NCBI GenBank assembly: GCA_028278245.1
Contig: JANQEQ010000091.1
Coordinates: 12,600 to 76,599 of the forward strand
DNA: 64,000 nucleotides
Direction of reading: 5' to 3'
From: Phycisphaerales bacterium
GTDB taxonomy: Bacteria; Planctomycetota; Phycisphaerae; Phycisphaerales; SM1A02
Each line of letters begins with the position of its first letter. Within the stretch, counting starts at the first letter, position 1. Positions 59,598-64,000 of this stretch are shown in pieces. Under the pieces are notes generated by a model. The model saw nothing but the letters and a program-made list of their open reading frames with translations, searched no databases and was not told where the DNA came from. The translations under genes were made by a program, and so were the position numbers.

Positions 59598-59618
59598 TTG
59601 ACCTGTTTTCACCTTTGA

Positions 59619-60098
59619 TTATGCTGCCTTGCGGTAGCGGCGAGTCTTGGTCGTCTTGGGGAACTTGTAAGCGCGGGTCGTTGTGCGCTTCTTGTTCCTG
59701 GTGGTGCGTTTCTTTGTCTTGGTGGTGGTGGTGTACTGCTTGTTCCAGAACTTGCGGAAGTAAGTCATAAACTGCTTCTGCGATCCGGCATACTTCTTGA
59801 ACTGCTCAGGTTTCACATAACCCTGTGAGAAGGACCAGTTCACGAACCACTGCCACATGTAATACTGAGTTTCCTTGGCATACTTGGCGTTGGTCTTCTG
59901 GGCATCGAAGGGCCAATAGATCCACTGACCATTAAACTTGACGCGCTGAACCACGCCAGCCTTCCAGAGGGAGTTCCACACATAGTTGGTGGTCTTCTTG
60001 TGACGCTTGGCGATGTTCTCCACCACGGTGAACCAGGGGGTTCCTCGCTTGACGGCACTCTTGAATGAGGTCGTGTAGGGAGATTTGTACTTAGTAGG
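59619..60098 (-). CDS. Small basic protein with W/Y-rich core and K/T/R-rich C-terminal tail
   Basis: About 160 aa. The tail TTTKTKKRTTRNKKRTTTRAYKFPKTTKTRRYRKAA resembles the tig tail in composition. Confidence 0.4.
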   Translation of the reverse strand, partial: PTKYKSPYTTSFKSAVKRGTPWFTVVENIAKRHKKTTNYVWNSLWKAGVVQRVKFNGQWIYWPFDAQKTNAKYAKETQYYMWQWFVNWSFSQGYVKPEQFKKYAGSQKQFMTYFRKFWNKQYTTTTKTKKRTTRNKKRTTTRAYKFPKTTKTRRYRKAA

Positions 60099-60464
60099 CA
60101 TTATTCGACTCCAAAAATTTTTGGTTCCCGCCGGATCTGATGCCGGCATAATGATCTGTCATTGCGACAGATATTCCGTGCCATGCGCATGGCACAAACA
60201 GATCCCAAAGAATCGGCCGATCAACAAGCTCAAATCAGTGAATCATTCATAGATTTGAATTTTTCGTGAATTATCGGATTGTGGATCTGTAGTGGAGATA
60301 CGCGTGGTTATTGTGTGTGGGGGGGAGAAGACGCGGATCAATTGTGAGCAGGAATACAGATACCCGGGGCGGCACTGCGCTCTACCCCGGCTTGTTACGA
60401 GAAAGGTGTTTCGAAAGCAGTGTGTGGGGGGAGTAAAAGCCCAGGCAAGGCCTTGCCTGGGTCT

Positions 60465-60485
60465 CTTGCAGTCAACGACTCGCAG
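60465..60485. repeat. REP-like palindromic element copy (inverted orientation)
   Basis: cttgcagtc-aac-gactcgcag next to a GTGTGGGGGG tract. Confidence 0.55.
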
Positions 60486-60635
60486 AGTTCTCCATGTTTA
60501 CATTGCCAAATTTTTTACAAATTATTTTGCATTTCGCGCCGAAACCGCGCATTTTTTGCATAGTTAACTATGGAAGGGGAGTTTTCTAACCCATTGTGTA
60601 TGGAGGTATTACGATGTGTAAATTGACGCAAACCC

Positions 60636-62393
60636 TTGGGTGGGGGGGCACTTACGATCATCATGGCGGCCCTCGCCATGCCTGATTCCGCCCCCGGTCA
60701 GGTAAAGGGAGCGTGTTGTCTCCCGGATGATACGTGCCAAGAGCTCACACAAATTGAATGTTCAAACGAGGGAGGAATTTATCGGGGAGATGACACAAAA
60801 TGCAGATTCGATACCTGTCAACCTTTGTATCGAGTAGTTGATCTGGGGGACATGGGGGACTTTATTCCTAGTGATTCTGACAGCTACCACGATGGAAAAT
60901 TCGGGATCAATAATCACGGCCAAGTTGTCTATGCCCGTGATTTTAATGGTGAGACACACGCAGCCCTGTGGTTACCTGTAGCAGCCTACGGTTTTATGAA
61001 TCCGGGAATCTACGACCTAGGTGAAACAGGAATCGTAAGCATTGCACGCGACATCAACATCAACGGTTTGATCATCGGCCAGGAAGGGGGAATATCTCTA
61101 TCATTCTACGGACCGGATCCAGATAAAGCGGCACTATGGACGTTGTCAGGTGGGATCGCAACAAAAACAAATCCGGATGGGCTTGATTACAGCCGGGGTC
61201 TGGCGCTCAATGATGATGCCCCGGTGTATTACATAGGAGACCGTGAGAATACCGGGCAATGTCGCAAATTCGCATCGGGTGGGGGATGTGACGATGGGGA
61301 TGGTTACACGGTTCTCCAGTCGTTCCGTTTTGATGCTGATGGTAATCCGCAACGCAACGAACTGGACTTCCTGGATGATACTGACCACTGCCACTCCAGC
61401 AGCGTTGCCCGTGATGTGAATAACAGTGGGCTTATTGTCGGGTACTCGTATCAACATGTATTCAGACCGCACTGTTCGGGCGATGTTCCTGAACTGAAAA
61501 AGGCAGGAGTCTACTGGGATCCGAACCAGAATACCCCCACCGAACTGTCCGTTCTTACAACTCCCTTGACTACGCATTTTGAAGCGCGTGGAGTGAATAA
61601 CAACGGTGAGATTGTCGGCTGGGGACCACCCACCGGAGGAGGATTAAATAAGGCATATTACTGGTCGAGCAAACTTGATGCTTCCCCGGATAATCTCAAC
61701 GCCAAAGATATGCCCCCAGACCATCCTTCAGGTCAAAATACCCGGGCGGAAGCTATCAACAATCTTGCAGAACCACACATTATCGCCACAAACGAATCCT
61801 CCCATACAGCGATGATCTGGATCAGCCAGGGGAATGATGAATGGGAAGCGTATGATCTGGATGATATCTTTCATGATCTTGATCAATATACGAGTTGCTT
61901 TCATCAGCTTCGGGAAGGACACGATATTAATGACAGTGGCTGGATCGTGGCGTGGGGCGATGACAGTAGTGATACTGGTATTCAACCCCATGCTTATGTG
62001 TTAGTCCCTGTGGTATTGGATGATTGCTATTGCGATCTTACGGGAGATGATGTCGTCAACATTGATGATGTTTTTGTAGTTTTGGGTCTGTGGGGTGATT
62101 GTGAGGAAGGTGTTATTGAATGCGATGCAGATGTGACCTTTGACTGTACTGTTGATATCGATGATATATTTGCGATTCTCGGCAATTTTAGACCATGTGG
62201 TGGATCAGCCAACGCAGGAATGGGTGGTGGTGGCGGTGTGGGGGGTGAAGGTGATCTTCTTCTCAGATGGCTGAATGCCGGAGGGTATGCTGCCATACAA
62301 TCCGGCCGCATTACCTGGAACCAGGTTGAACACTGTCTTACCGGTGAATCGAATACTGCAATCGAAAACTGCCTGAATAACCTGGTTGAATAA
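60636..62393 (+). CDS. Secreted protein with C-terminal dockerin-like Asp-rich repeats
   Basis: Repeated DxxDDVxxILG/LGxWGxC segments near the C-terminus. The start is uncertain. Confidence 0.45.
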   Translation: MGGGALTIIMAALAMPDSAPGQVKGACCLPDDTCQELTQIECSNEGGIYRGDDTKCRFDTCQPLYRVVDLGDMGDFIPSDSDSYHDGKFGINNHGQVVYARDFNGETHAALWLPVAAYGFMNPGIYDLGETGIVSIARDININGLIIGQEGGISLSFYGPDPDKAALWTLSGGIATKTNPDGLDYSRGLALNDDAPVYYIGDRENTGQCRKFASGGGCDDGDGYTVLQSFRFDADGNPQRNELDFLDDTDHCHSSSVARDVNNSGLIVGYSYQHVFRPHCSGDVPELKKAGVYWDPNQNTPTELSVLTTPLTTHFEARGVNNNGEIVGWGPPTGGGLNKAYYWSSKLDASPDNLNAKDMPPDHPSGQNTRAEAINNLAEPHIIATNESSHTAMIWISQGNDEWEAYDLDDIFHDLDQYTSCFHQLREGHDINDSGWIVAWGDDSSDTGIQPHAYVLVPVVLDDCYCDLTGDDVVNIDDVFVVLGLWGDCEEGVIECDADVTFDCTVDIDDIFAILGNFRPCGGSANAGMGGGGGVGGEGDLLLRWLNAGGYAAIQSGRITWNQVEHCLTGESNTAIENCLNNLVE

Positions 62394-62477
62394 TTAAAAA
62401 ATTCCCTCACCCTCCTCTCCCTGCCGGGGAGAAGGGTAAGGGGTGAGGGATGTTCTATTCTCATGGAGTAATATCCT

Positions 62478-63065
62478 ATGTTAATTATTAGAAATAATTT
62501 TATTATATTTACGATTTTAATCTTTTTTCTGACAACAATTTGTTACGCTGAAGTAATCGAACTTGAAGATAAGGATGCCTGGGCAAGTGCGGTTGGTGAT
62601 TTTACAACGATTGATTTTACAGGATTTCCTTTGTGGACAGTTATCACCGATCAATATGCAGACCAGGGTGTATTGTTCACTGATGGCGATGATATTATTT
62701 ATATCGATGAGTTCCTTTTCCTGAATGATAGTTATGGTCTTACTGGAAGCATCGACGATGGACCAATCATAGTAGAGTTTGATGATCCACAGTATTGGGT
62801 TGCCGTAGATTATCCCGGTGTCATTGCCTTTGAATTATTTAAAGATGATGTGCATGTATATTCCAGCATCTGGTTTTCAGGTCACATTGGTGATTTTGCC
62901 GGGCTTATTTCGACAGATTCGTTTGATAAAGTCGTGATCCATGATCCACTCAATGAATCAGTGTCCATAGACGATCTGTACTTCGGCGGTTATGTTCCCG
63001 GCGCGGGGAGTGGTGTGCTGCTGGTGTTCTCCAGTCTCTTCTGGCGCAAACGCAGACGGGAGTGA
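62478..63065 (+). CDS. PEP-CTERM-like anchored secreted protein (AT-rich gene, tandem paralogue 1)
   Basis: Signal peptide and C-terminal GGYVPGAGSGVLLVFSSLFWRKRRRE. Large blocks are identical with the next gene. Confidence 0.6.
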   Translation: MLIIRNNFIIFTILIFFLTTICYAEVIELEDKDAWASAVGDFTTIDFTGFPLWTVITDQYADQGVLFTDGDDIIYIDEFLFLNDSYGLTGSIDDGPIIVEFDDPQYWVAVDYPGVIAFELFKDDVHVYSSIWFSGHIGDFAGLISTDSFDKVVIHDPLNESVSIDDLYFGGYVPGAGSGVLLVFSSLFWRKRRRE

Positions 63066-63106
63066 ACTCCTACTCCACCCCTCTCCCCCAGGGAGAGGGG
63101 TAGGAG

Positions 63107-63727
63107 GTGAGGGGAATTATTATATGGAGTGATATTCCGATGTTGAATATAAGAATTTTATATTTCGCACTTACGGTGCCCATGTTGATCATCACGACTG
63201 CAAGTTATGCCGATGTCATTGAGCTTGAAGATAAGTTTGCTTGGGAAAGTGCAGTTGGTGACTTCACGACCATAGATTTTACTGGTTTTCCTGAATATAC
63301 CGTTATTACAGATCAGTACTCCGATCAAGGTGTGATGTTTACCGATGGTGATGATTATATTTACATAAATGAGTTTCTCTTCTTAAATGACACCTATGGC
63401 CTCTCAGGAAGCATTGACGATGGTCCAATTTCAGTAGAGTTTGATCATCCACAGTATTGGATTGCCGTGGATTACCCTGGTGTTATTGCCTTTGATTTGT
63501 ATAAAGATAATGTGTTGTTTTACTCAAGCATCTGGTTTTCAGGACACATTGGTGATTTTGCCGGTCTCATTTCGACAGATTCGTTTGATAAAGTCGTGAT
63601 CCATGATCCACTCAATGAATCAGTGTCCATAGACGATCTGTACTTCGGCGGCTACGTACCCGGCGCGGGGAGTGGTGTGTTGCTTTTATTCTCCAGCGTG
63701 TTATGGAAGAAACGCAGAAGAACGTAG
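63107..63727 (+). CDS. PEP-CTERM-like anchored secreted protein (tandem paralogue 2)
   Basis: Paralogous to 62478..63065, with the same C-terminal sorting-like motif. Confidence 0.6.
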   Translation: MRGIIIWSDIPMLNIRILYFALTVPMLIITTASYADVIELEDKFAWESAVGDFTTIDFTGFPEYTVITDQYSDQGVMFTDGDDYIYINEFLFLNDTYGLSGSIDDGPISVEFDHPQYWIAVDYPGVIAFDLYKDNVLFYSSIWFSGHIGDFAGLISTDSFDKVVIHDPLNESVSIDDLYFGGYVPGAGSGVLLLFSSVLWKKRRRT

Positions 63728-64000
63728 ATGATCGAGATCCGGACACCATATCTTCATGCGGTGCTCATCAAAGTAGTTTCATTCCTGGTGGCACCGCTCT
63801 CTGAGCGGTGAGGAATAATTCACAGGTCAGAGACCTGTGCCACCAGAAGAATGCGCGGTTCGGAGAACCGCGTTACGAGGACGACGTGGCTCGCTGGAGA
63901 TACTCTCGCAGGTAAAAAGATCCGCGATACAGTCGCAGGCTCTACCAATTCGTTGTGTACGTCTAAACGTTGATATAACAGGAGAGACCCCGGCAAAGCC

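Noticed and set aside
15942-60485. Possible CRISPR array from the repeated 21-nt palindromes
   Set aside because: The copies are tens of kb apart and are not regularly spaced with unique spacers. No cas genes are present.

Overview
This 64 kb window looks like bacterial chromosome, most likely from a Planctomycetota-like genome. The evidence is a DUF1559 prepilin-type N-terminal protein, PEP-CTERM-like Arg-rich C-terminal anchors, glutamine synthetase type III, an ECF sigma/anti-sigma pair, and C-/G-homopolymer 'CACAC' tracts that recur in intergenic regions. Most of the window is housekeeping: lexA, an MlaE permease, an RsbW/RsbV-like pair, guaA, mutY, clpX, tig, a hybrid histidine-kinase/response-regulator operon, glnN (GS-III), trpA, a MazG-like gene, rplU, ubiE, several PLP-dependent aminotransferases and hydrolases, and tRNA-Gly(GCC) and tRNA-Arg(CCG). 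The strongest candidate for a novel system is a tandem gene pair at about 20.4-22.6 kb in a region that reads as lower-GC. Both genes carry the same N-terminal pentapeptide-repeat module; one ends in a TIR domain and the other in a multi-pass transmembrane domain. The pair sits about 0.9 kb from tRNA-Gly and about 2 kb from an apparently orphan beta-class DNA methyltransferase, so a TIR-based defence or abortive-infection module is plausible. Other items of note are an HEPN-like (Rx5H) protein with a small membrane partner, a PD-(D/E)xK-like gene in an AT-rich gene-poor segment beside tRNA-Arg that also holds a candidate structured ncRNA, a QueC paralogue with a degenerate PP-loop, a ClpX with a Gly-rich N-terminal extension in a tig-clpX locus lacking clpP, and several families of short palindromic repeats. 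All calls come from reading the sequence and from motif recall; no database search was run.
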